DNA of 32,219 nucleotides from Octopus bimaculoides (Eukaryota): NCBI RefSeq assembly GCF_001194135.2, contig NC_069005.1, positions 22,335,485 through 22,367,703 of the forward strand. The letters are read 5' to 3'. Below are positions 1-10,620 of this stretch, one piece after another. Below the pieces are notes generated by a model, which saw only the letters and a list, made by a program, of their open reading frames with translations, had not been told where the DNA came from and searched no databases. How positions within the stretch are numbered: the stretch's first letter is position 1; each line of letters begins with the position of its first letter. A program made the position numbers and the translations under genes.

Positions 1-902
1 AGTGGGACAGCACTCTGATGGATCGAGTGGGACAGCACTCTGATGGATCGAGTGGGACAGCACTCTGATGGATCGAGTGGGACAGCACTCTGATGGATCG
101 AGTGGGACAGCACTCTGATGGATCTAGTGGGACAGCACTCTGATGGATCTAGTGGGACAGCACTCTGATGGATCTAGTGGGACAATACTCTGATGGATCT
201 AGTGGGACAATACTCTGATGGATCTAGTGGGGTAACACTCTAATGGATCTCTGATCGATCTAGTGGGGCAACACTCTGATGGATCTAGTGGGGCAACACT
301 CTGATGGATCTAGTGGGGCATCACTCTGATGGATCTAGTGGGGCATCACTCTGATGGATCTAGTGGGGCATCACTCTGATGGATCTAGTAGGGCAACACT
401 CTAATCGATCTAGTGGGGTAACACTCTAATGGATCTCTGATCGATCTAGTGGGGTAACACTCTAATGGATCTCTGATCGATCTAGTGGGGTAACACTCTA
501 ATGGATCTCTGATCGATCTAGTGGGGTAACACTCTAATGGATCTCTGATCGANNNNNNNNNNNNNNNNNNNNNNNNNNNNNNNNNNNNNNNNNNNNNNNN
601 NNNNNNNNNNNNNNNNNNNNNNNNNNNNNNNNNNNNNNNNNNNNNNNNNNNNNNNNNNNNNNNNNNNNNNNNNNNNNNNNNNNNNNNNNNNNNNNNNNNN
701 NNNNNNNNNNNNNNNNNNNNNNNNNNNNNNNNNTCTGATCGATCTAGTGGGGTAACACTCTAATCGATCTCTGATCGATCTAGTGGGGTAACACTCTAAT
801 CGATCTCTGATCGATCTAGTGGGGTAACACTCTAATCGATCTCTGATCGATCTAGTGGGGTAACACTCTAATCGATCTAGTGGGGCAACACTCTGATCGA
901 TC
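1..902. repeat. Minisatellite with 25-bp and 36-bp units (interrupted by N gap 553-733)
   Basis: Unit AGTGGGACAGCACTCTGATGGATCG at 1, 26, 51, 76 and onward. The 36-bp variant AGTGGGGTAACACTCTAATGGATCTCTGATCGATCT recurs at 448, 484, 520 and after the gap. The array runs off the left edge of the window. Confidence 0.97.
553..733. other. Assembly gap (181 N)
   Basis: Run of n inside the minisatellite. Confidence 1.
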
Positions 903-948
903 TGCTGGGAAGAAGGACTGGGCACAGTAATTAGTATGTGGGCAGCGC

Positions 949-1052
949 ACATGTTGCAGCCGCCGTTGTGAACGTCGCGTACATGTTGCAGCGGCCGTTG
1001 TGAACGTCGCGTACATGTTGCAGCGGCCGTTGTGAACGTCGCGTACATGTTG
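949..1052. repeat. 32-bp CpG-rich tandem repeat, about 3.2 copies
   Basis: ACATGTTGCAGCGGCCGTTGTGAACGTCGCGT starts at 949, 981 and 1013, with a partial copy at 1045. Confidence 0.95.
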
Positions 1053-1885
1053 TGACTGTTATTGTACTGTCTGGTGTGGCGGTGGTTGTAGTATAATGCT
1101 GTTTACTGAGATCTTGCTGAAATTTACTATATACATACTTAGATTTTTACAAGTGTACATACATATACATATGTACATAAGTTTGTATGTACATACATCT
1201 TTTCCATGTATGTACTACACGTTTTAATGCTACCCTTTCAATTGAGGGTAATGATGATGCGGTATCTAGGTGAAAGCAATGTATAAGGTGGGGCTGTCAG
1301 GCAAAAGTAGGGTGAGCGGAGAAAATAGTGAGTTGGGGTAGGTAGATACAAGACAGACCTCTATATTTACATATATTCTTACCTCTATCGTTAATTGCTA
1401 GCCCATCTCCATGTCGGATATCTGGGTAGAACTGGGCGGGGAAGTACAGCTTTGTAGCGAGACGGAGACAAGCGGAGGGTGTTGTGGGCAGCAAGACGGT
1501 ACAGTGATGGACGAGGGGAAGACAGCAGGGTGGGGGAGGTAAAAGCCATGTGTGTGTATATACTCATAGATGTGTATATGTTTGTGTGTGTGCGTGTAAG
1601 CAAGCATGGGTATAACTTATGTTTGCGTGTATGTATTTATGAGTGTATTTACGTGTATGCGTGCATCTGTGAGTATGTGTGAGTGTGAATGCATGCCTTT
1701 GTGAGTATTAGAATGCGTGTGTGTTCATGCATTTTTTAATGCGTGTGTGTTCAGAAACTGCATATGGATGTTTTGTGTGTACATACTTTAAACTCAGACA
1801 AACGCAGTCACCGTCTCTACCATCGGCGCCTCTGTTTCCCTTACGCTGTCTCTTTGCTCTCTTTCTCCTCCCCCACCCCAACAAA

Positions 1886-1888
<3 letters not shown>

Positions 1889-1939
<51 letters not shown>
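1889..1939. repeat. (CA)n microsatellite running into an assembly gap
   Basis: Perfect CA repeat directly left of the N run. Confidence 0.98.
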
Positions 1940-2496
1940 NNNNNNNNNNNNNNNNNNNNNNNNNNNNNNNNNNNNNNNNNNNNNNNNNNNNNNNNNNNNN
2001 NNNNNNNNNNNNNNNNNNNNNNNNNNNNNNNNNNNNNNNNNNNNNNNNNNNNNNNNNNNNNNNNNNNNNNNNNNNNNNNNNNNNNNNNNNNNNNNNNNNN
2101 NNNNNNNNNNNNNNNNNNNNNNNNNNNNNNNNNNNNNNNNNNNNNNNNNNNNNNNNNNNNNNNNNNNNNNNNNNNNNNNNNNNNNNNNNNNNNNNNNNNN
2201 NNNNNNNNNNNNNNNNNNNNNNNNNNNNNNNNNNNNNNNNNNNNNNNNNNNNNNNNNNNNNNNNNNNNNNNNNNNNNNNNNNNNNNNNNNNNNNNNNNNN
2301 NNNNNNNNNNNNNNNNNNNNNNNNNNNNNNNNNNNNNNNNNNNNNNNNNNNNNNNNNNNNNNNNNNNNNNNNNNNNNNNNNNNNNNNNNNNNNNNNNNNN
2401 NNNNNNNNNNNNNNNNNNNNNNNNNNNNNNNNNNNNNNNNNNNNNNNNNNNNNNNNNNNNNNNNNNNNNNNNNNNNNNNNNNNNNNNNNNNNNNNN
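1940..2496. other. Assembly gap (557 N)
   Basis: Run of n. Confidence 1.
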
Positions 2497-2677
2497 ACAG
2501 ATGGAAGGGATCGAGGTGTTCAATTATATACATACTTATACGTACACAGCACCTTTTAGCCATTACCACAATCACACATACACACTAACCTCACTCCCTG
2601 TTCTGTATATAGATCATTCTAAATAGAAGTCATTTACCCCCCCCACACACACACACACACGTGCGTATGCAGGTATA

Positions 2678-3083
2678 GGCAACATGGCTGTGTGGTTAAG
2701 AAGCTCACTCTGTAAACCACTCGGTTTTGGTTTCAGTCCCACTATTCGGCAGCTTGGGCAAGAGCTTTCTGTTATATATAACCCTGGATATTGACCAATA
2801 GTTTGTGAATCAATTTGTTAGACGAAAACTGACGAAGCTTGTCGTGTATATATCTGTTCGTGTGTGTCTTTGTGTTGTATGTTCCCCACCACCACCACCA
2901 CTTGACAACCGGGGTTGGTGTGTTTATGTCCCCATAACTTAGCGGTCCTGCAAAAGGATTGATAGAATAAATAACCAAACTTACAAGAAAGAACTAGGAT
3001 CGATTTGCTCGACTAGAAACCCGTAAAGGCGGTGCCTCAACATGGCCTCAAATCATCAGACTGAAACAAGTAAAAGATAAAGA
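2678..3083 (+). mobile_element. tRNA-derived CORE-type SINE, long composite family (near full length)
   Basis: Head GGCAACATGGCTGTGTGGTTAAG, CORE-like CTTGGGCAAG segment, internal (GT)-rich spacer, TTGACAACCG..GGTGTGTTTA block, 3' end GACTGAAACAAGTAAAAGA. A homologous reverse copy lies at 30587-30948. Confidence 0.8.
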
Positions 3084-3301
3084 CGGATTAATTAATTAGC
3101 ATCAAGCCACACCACACTTCATGCCGTAGTTACAACCACAAATAACACGCACACCGCAACATCAAGCAAATAACTCTTATCAAGCATTTTTTTAAATAAA
3201 TAGTCATGCAAACCAGGAACATGAAAGAAAAATACACATTTCTAGCCTGAACCCGGTTTTGATCCCGTCTAAAAGTTAATACAGAAAATATCAAATCTTA
3301 A

Positions 3302-3488
3302 CCGTCTAGCATTCACATTACCCTATCAAATGTATTGCTTATTTATTCATTGTTTTGAATTAATCTGGCATATCTCATAGCTTTGAGATTTCAATGATGC
3401 GATTGTTTATTTTTAGAATGACATTGTTGGGTAGGTGTAAGAGGCTGGATATTTTGACCGGATATGGCTGCCTTTAAATACTAAGCGA
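3302..3488. mobile_element. piggyBac-type MITE (degenerate)
   Basis: Flanked by TTAA at 3298-3301 and 3489-3492; decayed CCCTTTAGCATT-type TIRs. The interior is the reverse complement of the copy at 28539-28712. Confidence 0.75.
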
Positions 3489-3618
3489 TTAAATAACTCA
3501 CGATGTGTTAAAAATCAGTTATTCCTAAATCACCTACAACTCGAAAGAATCCCCACATCTACAACTGCTCATATCAACACTAGTCAAATTGCTCGTATCT
3601 GAGAAGCTGGACAAAATA

Positions 3619-3999
3619 TTGATTTCAAATTTTGACTGAAAGCCAGCAATTTCGGGGAGGAGCTAAGTCGATTAGATCGACCGCAGTGCTCAACTGGTAA
3701 TTATATTATCGACCCTGAAAGGGATGAAAGGCAAAGTCGGCCCCAGCGGTATTTGAACTCGGAACGTAAAGACGTATATGAAATAATCCTTTCTACTAAA
3801 AGCGCAAGGCCTGAAATTTAGGGGAAAAGAGATTAATCGATTAAATTGACCTCTGTATCACTGGTACTTAATTTATCGACGTCGAATGGATGAAAGGCAA
3901 ATTCGGCCTCGGCGGAATTTGAACTCGGAACGTAACGGCAGACGAAATACCGCTAAGCATTTCGCCCGGCGTGCTAACGATTCTGCCAGCTCGCCGCCT
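3619..3999 (-). mobile_element. Two head-to-tail tRNA-derived SINEs with a Meta-like central domain
   Basis: The minus strand reads AGGCGGCGAGCTGGCAGAATCGTTAGCACGCCGGG...GAGTTCAAATTCCGCC (A- and B-box-like), then GCCTTTCATCC...GTCGATAAATTAAGTACCAG. The left copy (3619-3784) lacks its 5' head. Confidence 0.88.
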
Positions 4000-4406
4000 T
4001 GTGTATATGAAATAACCTACTATAAATAAGATGTCAAATGTTTTGGTGAGTGACTTTTGCCCCACCCTGCATACCTATACGAGACGACCTTATACCCACA
4101 AAATAAAGGTCTACATCATGCGTAGATAACAACATACTCGCATCCTCCCCATGTTTCTCCAGAGACTGCTATATATAAATACTTCAACCCTACATAAGTC
4201 ACCTAGAAACTTATCCGTCACTTAAATAACGCCCTCAAATACAATAGCACCAGAAAATATCAAACACAATCAGCTATCACACTCCAATACACGCAGTAAA
4301 ATAAGTAAAACGACGCACTAGTACACTTAGAACCATGACAGATGCCTCATTTGCCCAAACAGAAACACAGCAACATTGGAGTACCGACGTTAGGCTCATA
4401 GGTGAC

Positions 4407-4730
4407 GGCGCGTTGCTTAGTAGTTGGGATATTCGGCTCACGATTGTAAGGTCGTGGGTTCGATTCCCAGCGGCGCGTTCTGATCTTGAGCAAGACGCTT
4501 TATTTCGTGTTGCTCCAGTCCACTTAGCTGGCAAAAATGGGTCGTATCTGTATTTCGAAAGACCAGCCTTGTCACATCCTGTGTCATGCTGAATCTCCCT
4601 GAGAACTACGTTAAGGGTACGTGTGTCTGTGGAGTTCTCAGCCACTTGTACGTTAACTTCACGAGCAGACTGTTCCGTCGATCGGATCAACTAGAGCACT
4701 CGTCGTCGTAACTGACGGAGTACCAATACC
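4407..4730 (+). mobile_element. tRNA-derived CORE-type SINE, tail type A
   Basis: tRNA-like head with B-box GGTTCGATTCC (4457-4467), then CTTGAGCAAGACGCTTTATTTCGTGTTGCTCCAGTCCACTTAGCTG (4485-4530), then a tail ending GTCGTAACTGACGGAGTACCA. Confidence 0.8.
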
Positions 4731-5003
4731 AAGTTTATAGAAGACCGTACCAATTCTACTTAGCTCCCGAATCTCTCTACAACAGACCACGATGAACTAC
4801 GAACAACATAAAAATGGTGTATTGCACAACACAACAGGTTGTTCACCAACCACCTGATAAAACAAAAACACAAAAACAGTCCTCCTCTTGGATACACGGA
4901 GAGCATAGTTTATTGTTGCTGCGTGCTTCAGATCACGCAGTCCATGTTTCGCTACATGAGAAATCACATCCACACACGCAGACATAAATACATGTGTGTG
5001 TAG

Positions 5004-5338
5004 GAAAGAGAACCCCCTTTAGTCGCGAATGACCATGGGGCTGCACCTAGAAAGTTCCCCTCCGAAGTACAAGTCCGAGCAATGGAAGACCAGTAGTTGC
5101 CTATGCATACCAGCCACCCCTCTCTACATGGTCTCTGATGGTCTCCAAGCGAAAGGCAAAGGCCGATACAGCTTGGCAATCAGTAACGTCGCAACTCATT
5201 GCTACAGCTGAGTGAACTGGAGCAACGTGAAATAATGCGTCTTGCTCAAGAACAAACACAACACACAGCCCGGTCAGAGAATCGAACTCGCTACCTCATG
5301 ATTGTGTGCCCGACGCTGTAACTACTGAGCCATGCGCC
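5004..5338 (-). mobile_element. tRNA-derived CORE-type SINE, tail type B
   Basis: Colinear over its whole length with the + copy at 26876-27207: head GGCGCATGGCTCAGTAGTTA, B-box GAGTTCGATTCT, CORE-like block, tail ...CTAGGTGCAGCCCCATGGTCATTCGCGAC. Confidence 0.85.
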
Positions 5339-5441
5339 TTAATACACACAAACACACACACACACACGGTTAGAGACGTTATCAATAAGCTCACTATAAT
5401 CACAAACAAAACCAAACATTTAAGTGATCATAAATCTAAAC

Positions 5442-5698
5442 CACTGGTTCTCAATCGGGGTTCATATGACCCTTGGGGGCCACATAAGATTTTGCTGTTA
5501 AAATTTATGTGCAAATTAATTGGTTATACATCTGCAATACACAAAATATATTTTTTTATACTATTCCTAATAATATTCAATTATAAAAATATAATGGAAC
5601 TTTTTTAAGCATCAAATGTCTCATTTGGGTCCAGTAGAATAAAATAGGAATCAAAGGTATTTCATAGGTATAAAAAAAAAAAGGGTTGACAACCACTG
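5442..5698. mobile_element. hAT (Charlie-like) MITE
   Basis: TIRs CACTGGTTCTCAATC and GGTTGACAACCACTG; 8-bp flanks ATCTAAAC and ATCTACAG (6/8, NTCTAGAN-like TSD). The interior is shared with 16965-17171. Confidence 0.85.
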
Positions 5699-6089
5699 AT
5701 CTACAGATCAAAATTCAAATTCTGGTGGTATAATGTCTAATTTAGCGATTAGTAGCGCCCATTTGAGGGCATTGTGAGTTCAAAAGGGAAAAGTATGAGG
5801 AAGTGCCTAAGTGTATGGAAGTGTTTTTGCTGTTTTCTAGAAATGAAATATTTAAACGTCAATTTTAAACATTTTTTCCCCCAAAAAATCTTCGTTGAAT
5901 TTAAAATATGAACAGTGTGTACATTGACATGAGCGAGGTGTCAGAGTTCAGTATAATTTTGTTTTGTGTCCTGGGCGTCTTTTGTAATTTTTATTAAAAT
6001 TTAACAGGCGTAACAAGCCCAAGTCCACCCGTATATCTAGAATGGGACACACGCACCTACAAATAGGTTATTGTACATATCCGGTTTAT

Positions 6090-6096
<7 letters not shown>

Positions 6097-6127
<31 letters not shown>

Positions 6128-6788
6128 CGCACACGTATTATATATAGCACAAACGTAAATATACGGGTTTGTTGTGTATGTGTGCACGTACGTATATATA
6201 AATGTATGCATATACGTATAGCAAGTCCACGTGCGCGGGTTGATATATATAGCACAAATACATACAATTTGTAATAAATAGCGCAAAAACACGCGCACAC
6301 GCACACCGTACTGACACGCGAGTCGTTATATTTAAGGTATGTAAATACAGTGGGTATAACTAGGTGCAAAAATATAGAACTAGGACGTTTGTCTGAGCGT
6401 TCAGAAGTGGAATTAGTGTGTCTGAGTAAAGAGAGAATCGAAGTACAGGTGATGCATTAGGAGTTCAAATACCACATCAGTTGTTGTTTAACCACAAGCC
6501 AGCTTTTATGCGACAGGTCAATGATCAGAGGTCTCAGCTATGACTATACAGCCTCTTTAACTCGACTAAATTGTCGAATGCTTTTTTCTTTTTCTTACCT
6601 TTTTTAACATTTTAAGCGATTGCAAACTGTGTGCGCGCGCTCGTGTAATGGTGCGCGTATAATCTATTTATGTGTTTGTTCATGTGAGTGCGCAGGTGTG
6701 TGTATATATATATATATATAAATATATATATATATAAAGTACCTCGCTGTCAGAAATCGGTGCCATCTCATTGTCTATTTTAGAATTT

Positions 6789-6818
<30 letters not shown>
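6097..6818. repeat. Microsatellite cluster: (TA)n 6097-6126, degenerate ATATATAGCAC/RY repeats to about 6320, (TA)n about 6703-6735, (AG)n 6793-6818
   Basis: Direct reading of the simple repeats. Confidence 0.85.
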
Positions 6819-6819
<1 letters not shown>

Positions 6820-6984
6820 TCTTCTCAGTCATTTAAACCTTCGTTTCTTTCAAACTTACCTTGGCAACGCCGAGCTAAGAAAGGCACATGACTCCTTAAA
6901 AACAAACAAAAAAATACCCTACAAACTGACATGACGTTCAATTGGGGGTTGGGGTATGATTAGGTAGGAAGAAAGAGTAGAACT

Positions 6985-7147
6985 CTGGAATTCGGTGGCG
7001 GAATTTGTTTGTGTCGGACAAAATTCTTTGCGATATTTGTTCAAACTCTTTCTGCGTTCAAATCTCGCCGAGGTCAACTTTTGCCTTACATCTTTCCAAG
7101 ATCGGCATAAAGAACAGAAGTATCAATCCAGCGAATCTGATCGATTT
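6985..7147 (+). mobile_element. Degenerate Meta-type SINE, + orientation
   Basis: TGCGTTCAAATCTCGCCGAGGTCAACTTTTGCCTTACATC matches the reverse complement of the minus-strand copies. Confidence 0.65.
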
Positions 7148-7366
7148 TAATGAACTCCAATCAGGAGCTGCTGTCCCCTAAAACAGTTCAAGATGTCTTC
7201 CAGCTTCGCTTTAGCAATTTGTATGACGTCACTGGTGCGATGTCAGAAGCCTTGTCGGTCGGTCCATGCCCCCTCCTCTTGGATAATATAGGTGACGTGG
7301 AGAGGAGTCTTGCTGCACAAGTGAGGCAGCTACTTATCTATATTACAACTTTACCAACGCTTTGAG

Positions 7367-7672
7367 CAGTGGCTCTCAACTGGAGTCCATATGACCCTTG
7401 GAGGGGGTCCATGAAAGCAAAATAGTAAATTGGGGATGCACAGTGTTATATTGAAAAAATTTTGCTTTAGATATATTTATTGCAAGAAACAACTAAACTT
7501 CTTTCTCAAAATGTTTTACATGGTTCAACCTGCACAAGTTAATTTGTGAAAAACAAAACTGGAATTTTGAAAGGAGGTATCAGTTTTTAAACATCGAATG
7601 GCTATGGGGATCCACCAGAATAAAATGGTGATCAAAGGAGACATAGATAAAAAATGGTTTTGAGAACCACTG
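7367..7672. mobile_element. hAT (Charlie-like) MITE
   Basis: TIRs CAGTGGCTCTCAAC and TTGAGAACCACTG; the subterminal TCCATATGACCCTTGG is shared with 5442-5698. The TSD is poorly preserved. Confidence 0.8.
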
Positions 7673-7870
7673 TCCTCAAGTGTCCCTTCGATACGCTCTA
7701 CTGATTCAGATTGAAGCAAGACTTTCCGGAGGAGCAGGTCTTTGGCTTTACAAATCGTGCGAATGTCACAAGAGAATTCCTTATAAACTTTACTTTTTTT
7801 GTTCCCAGTCATTTGTAATGCGGCCATACTGGACACCGTCCTGAAGAGTTTTAGTCAAACTCTTTTTACT

Positions 7871-7872
<2 letters not shown>

Positions 7873-7913
<41 letters not shown>
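7873..7913. repeat. (GA)n microsatellite
   Basis: Perfect GA repeat. Confidence 0.97.
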
Positions 7914-7915
<2 letters not shown>

Positions 7916-8533
7916 AAATGTGGGTTCAAGATTCTTTTGTTTCAATTCCTGTTCACATAGCTAGTATCTTTATATAATACATTTGACTCTTTTACCAATA
8001 TTGAGTCTTTAAGTACTGGATAGGGTCAATGTAATTGATTGAAAGTAGTGCCCCATCAAGGCTACAAGCCCACTTACTTAAACCAGCAGTAAAACGAATA
8101 ACGGGAAAACAAAAATGAAAGCAAGCAAAAAAACCAACAAATCTGACAACTTCCGCCATGTTGTTTACTTAAATGAAACCAAATAAACAGACCTTAAAAC
8201 TTAAATAAACGCCAGTAAAATACAGTAGATTTAAATAAACTACAAAAAAAAAAAAAAGCTAAATTTAACTGAACTGCAGTAAATGACAGTAAAGAGAGGG
8301 GTGGAAAACAGTTGTAAGCGTAAATAAACTACAGTTAATCAGTTAAATACTAAATGTACAGTGTTTAGTTGTAATGGCGTCCGTATCAAACTTGTTGACA
8401 CCAAATGTTTCAACGGAGACAGGAAGAGAATTTCAGGATTAAATTTTGTTAGTGTGGTTGCGTGGTATGTTTGTGGGCGTGTTTGTGTAATGTCTCCTAT
8501 TAATGTCGTCGTCGTCGTCATCGTCGTTGTTGA

Positions 8534-8815
8534 TGTTTAGCCATAGATCAGTCCTGATCAAGGTTTTTGCAGGTTGTGGTGGTAGTTGATGATGTCACTG
8601 TCGCCATTGTCATTGTTTAGTCACAGTTCAATTCTGATCAAGGTTATTGTTGATGGTGTTGGCGTCGCTGTTTTGTCTAGCTACGGGTCAGCCCTGATCA
8701 AGGTTGATGTTCGTTACGTTGTTTGTGGGAGCGTTACTCTTGCTGCTGCTTAACCCCCACGTCACTCTTAGTCGAGCAAGCCTGTGATCAGACATTTCCA
8801 GTCGTGGCCATCTCG
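8534..8815 (-). repeat. Tandemly reiterated 3' end of a retroposon with (CAA)n-type tails
   Basis: TGTTTAG-N13-CTGATCAAGG occurs at 8534, 8614 and 8674, plus a longer ~70-bp copy at about 8745-8815. Related copies lie at about 10160-10230, 11075-11115 and (inverted) 29220-29295. Confidence 0.6.
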
Positions 8816-9729
8816 TGTCCCTCATGTGCAGGAAACTCACGAGCAGGTTACCCAGCTTGTTCTTTTCTAAGACAGTAGCTTGTGATATGAACGGGAATTT
8901 GTCTGTTACTTCCAGTAAATCGAACGACCACGTAGAGGTTCCCTTGTTGATACGTGTTGACGGTGTAATTTGTGGTGGTAGTGTGATGGTGCTGTAAGTG
9001 TTGGTGGTGACGTTGTCGGCAGTTGTGTGTGTATGGGGGCGATGGTGGTGTTGTTGATGATTGTCAATGTCACTGAAAGTCGGTAGGTATGTGCACTTAT
9101 TTGGCAGTGTGGACTAATCACCTCCATTGTGGTGAACTGGGAATGACGGGGTGGGAAGAGTATGCATAATGTAACGGTGGTGAAGGTATGGGCTTGTAAA
9201 CATGTGCTGCTGCTGTTGTGGTGGTTATGGTGGTGGTGAGAGTAAAACGCATGTGACGGTGGGGTGCTGCTGGTGAAGAAGTATATATAATGAATAACAG
9301 AAATCCGGTTACTCTTCTCTTTACAACCTGCCAGTTTATCCCCCTCCCCTCTAATTTACTCTTTCCAATAGTCTATAATTTCAATAGTTCTTTAATGTCA
9401 TGTGTCGTTAAGTGTGTGAGCGTGTACATATGTAATATATATGTATGTATAATGTATATATATTTGTATATCAGCCTTGTAATCACACACGTGTTTTTCT
9501 TGGACTTCTTTCCTTCTCTCCGAACCTTTTCTCCTCTTGACAAAGAGCTATGCTCGAAACGTTATATACCCTCTCTTTTTTTCCCATCTTAAACTAAGCA
9601 TCAATACATTCTCTGTGTACGTCCTATTGACCTTTGTTTTGTTTTTTTTATATTTTCGTTTTCGATTTGACTATATACATATATTCACCTATTTGCTGAG
9701 TCCGAAAAAGCAGTGTCCACAATCCTTGC

Positions 9730-10130
9730 AAGTGAAGCCAGTACTATGAGCCCATCAGTACTTGCATGAAAAACGTGCACGAGGAGGACATTTCAAAGGA
9801 ACGAGGTTCTGGAGTTAAAGGATTTTGGATAATGGATAGTGTTGAAGGAGGGACGGTTATACTCAACAAGGGTGACATGAGGTGGAGAAACGAGTGGACC
9901 AGGGGTGTCTTAGTAGGAGACACGAGACTAGCCATCTCCAAAGAACAGGGACCGTTATAGTAGCGACAGAAAAAAGACGGACAAGACAGCGCAACCGCCG
10001 ACCAGAGGCTGGAGTATACCCGTTAGTAATTAAAGGCCAATTTTTCGAATGACCCCTCCCTAAATGTGGTACTGGACATCTGTTCGTACCCGCGGTATTG
10101 TCCCAGATGATGACCCAGTAACTCCATGAC
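9730..10130 (-). mobile_element. Decayed LINE ORF2 C-terminal fragment (CR1/L2/Jockey-like group)
   Basis: Frame-shifted minus-strand translation gives ME..IWDNTAG, VIRKIG..LLTGILQPL, SVF-CRYYNGPCSLEMASLV, STRFSTSCHP and HYPKSFNSRTSFL*NVL. This follows the order of the common LINE C-terminal motifs MEY..HxW, LQPLxxRR, FYRYYxGxCSxEL, TRxSxxxHP and HYxxSFxPRTxxLWNxLP. Confidence 0.7.
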
Positions 10131-10414
10131 TCAGCGAATTGGTTTAAATTCTTAGTAGTTGTTTAGCCCCAGGTATCAACTTTGACAGACTAAAACTATA
10201 ATCAAAGGTATCCCAACCGTGACCATCTCTACACTTTTTTTTTTGTATAAATATAGTTTATCTAAGACTACAGTGCTCGTTCCTTATTTTTAGGATTGTA
10301 GGATGCAATTTCTGGAAAATGTGACTGCTATATCTAGCAGGTCGAGTGACATGACATAGGCTGCCTCCTTAGCTTGGAATGGTGGTGGTGGTGGTGGTTG
10401 TCGTCATCACCTCA

Positions 10415-10620
10415 ACGCAATGGATTGGCAGAATCGTTAATGTCAAACTAGATGCTTTGCAGTATTATTTAGTTACGACACTTTATGAGTTCAAATCCTA
10501 CCTAGATCGTCTTTGCAATTCTCTTTTGGGAGCAATAAAGAAAAAGTACCAGTCACTTAGATCGATATCATTATTTGTTCAATGCGTTACCTTGGATCTA
10601 GTTGGGAGCAAACCTATAGT
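10415..10620 (+). mobile_element. Degenerate Meta-type SINE, + orientation
   Basis: GGATTGGCAGAATCGTTAA head, GAGTTCAAATCC B-box-like, AAGTACCAGT. Confidence 0.7.

Noticed and set aside
1-902. CRISPR-like direct repeats
   Set aside because: The units abut with no unique spacers, there are no cas genes, and the context is eukaryotic. This is a minisatellite.
518-1048. 176-aa ORF with RDRLECYPTRSI repeats
   Set aside because: It is only the translation of the 36-bp and 32-bp repeats, bridged across Ns.
1721-2626. Long ORFs with poly-HT/CV tracts (also 19395-20067 and 23032-23375)
   Set aside because: Artefacts of (CA)n repeats and N gaps.
4021-4051. TATAAATA followed by ATG and a GTGAGT donor as the P450 first exon
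   Set aside because: The TATA-to-ATG spacing is far too short, the peptide is 5 codons with no anchor, and the phase (0) does not match the phase-1 acceptor at 16273.
4407-4470. tRNA genes at SINE heads (also 3930-3999, 12500-12569, 26876-26940)
   Set aside because: A/B-box-like motifs are present, but there is no complete cloverleaf and each continues into a SINE body shared by many diverged copies.
9537-9749. Hydrophobic ORF (FSVYVLLTFVLFFLYFRFR) as the missing P450 membrane anchor
   Set aside because: No ATG, no PPGP hinge and no suitable donor. T-rich DNA produces such peptides by chance.
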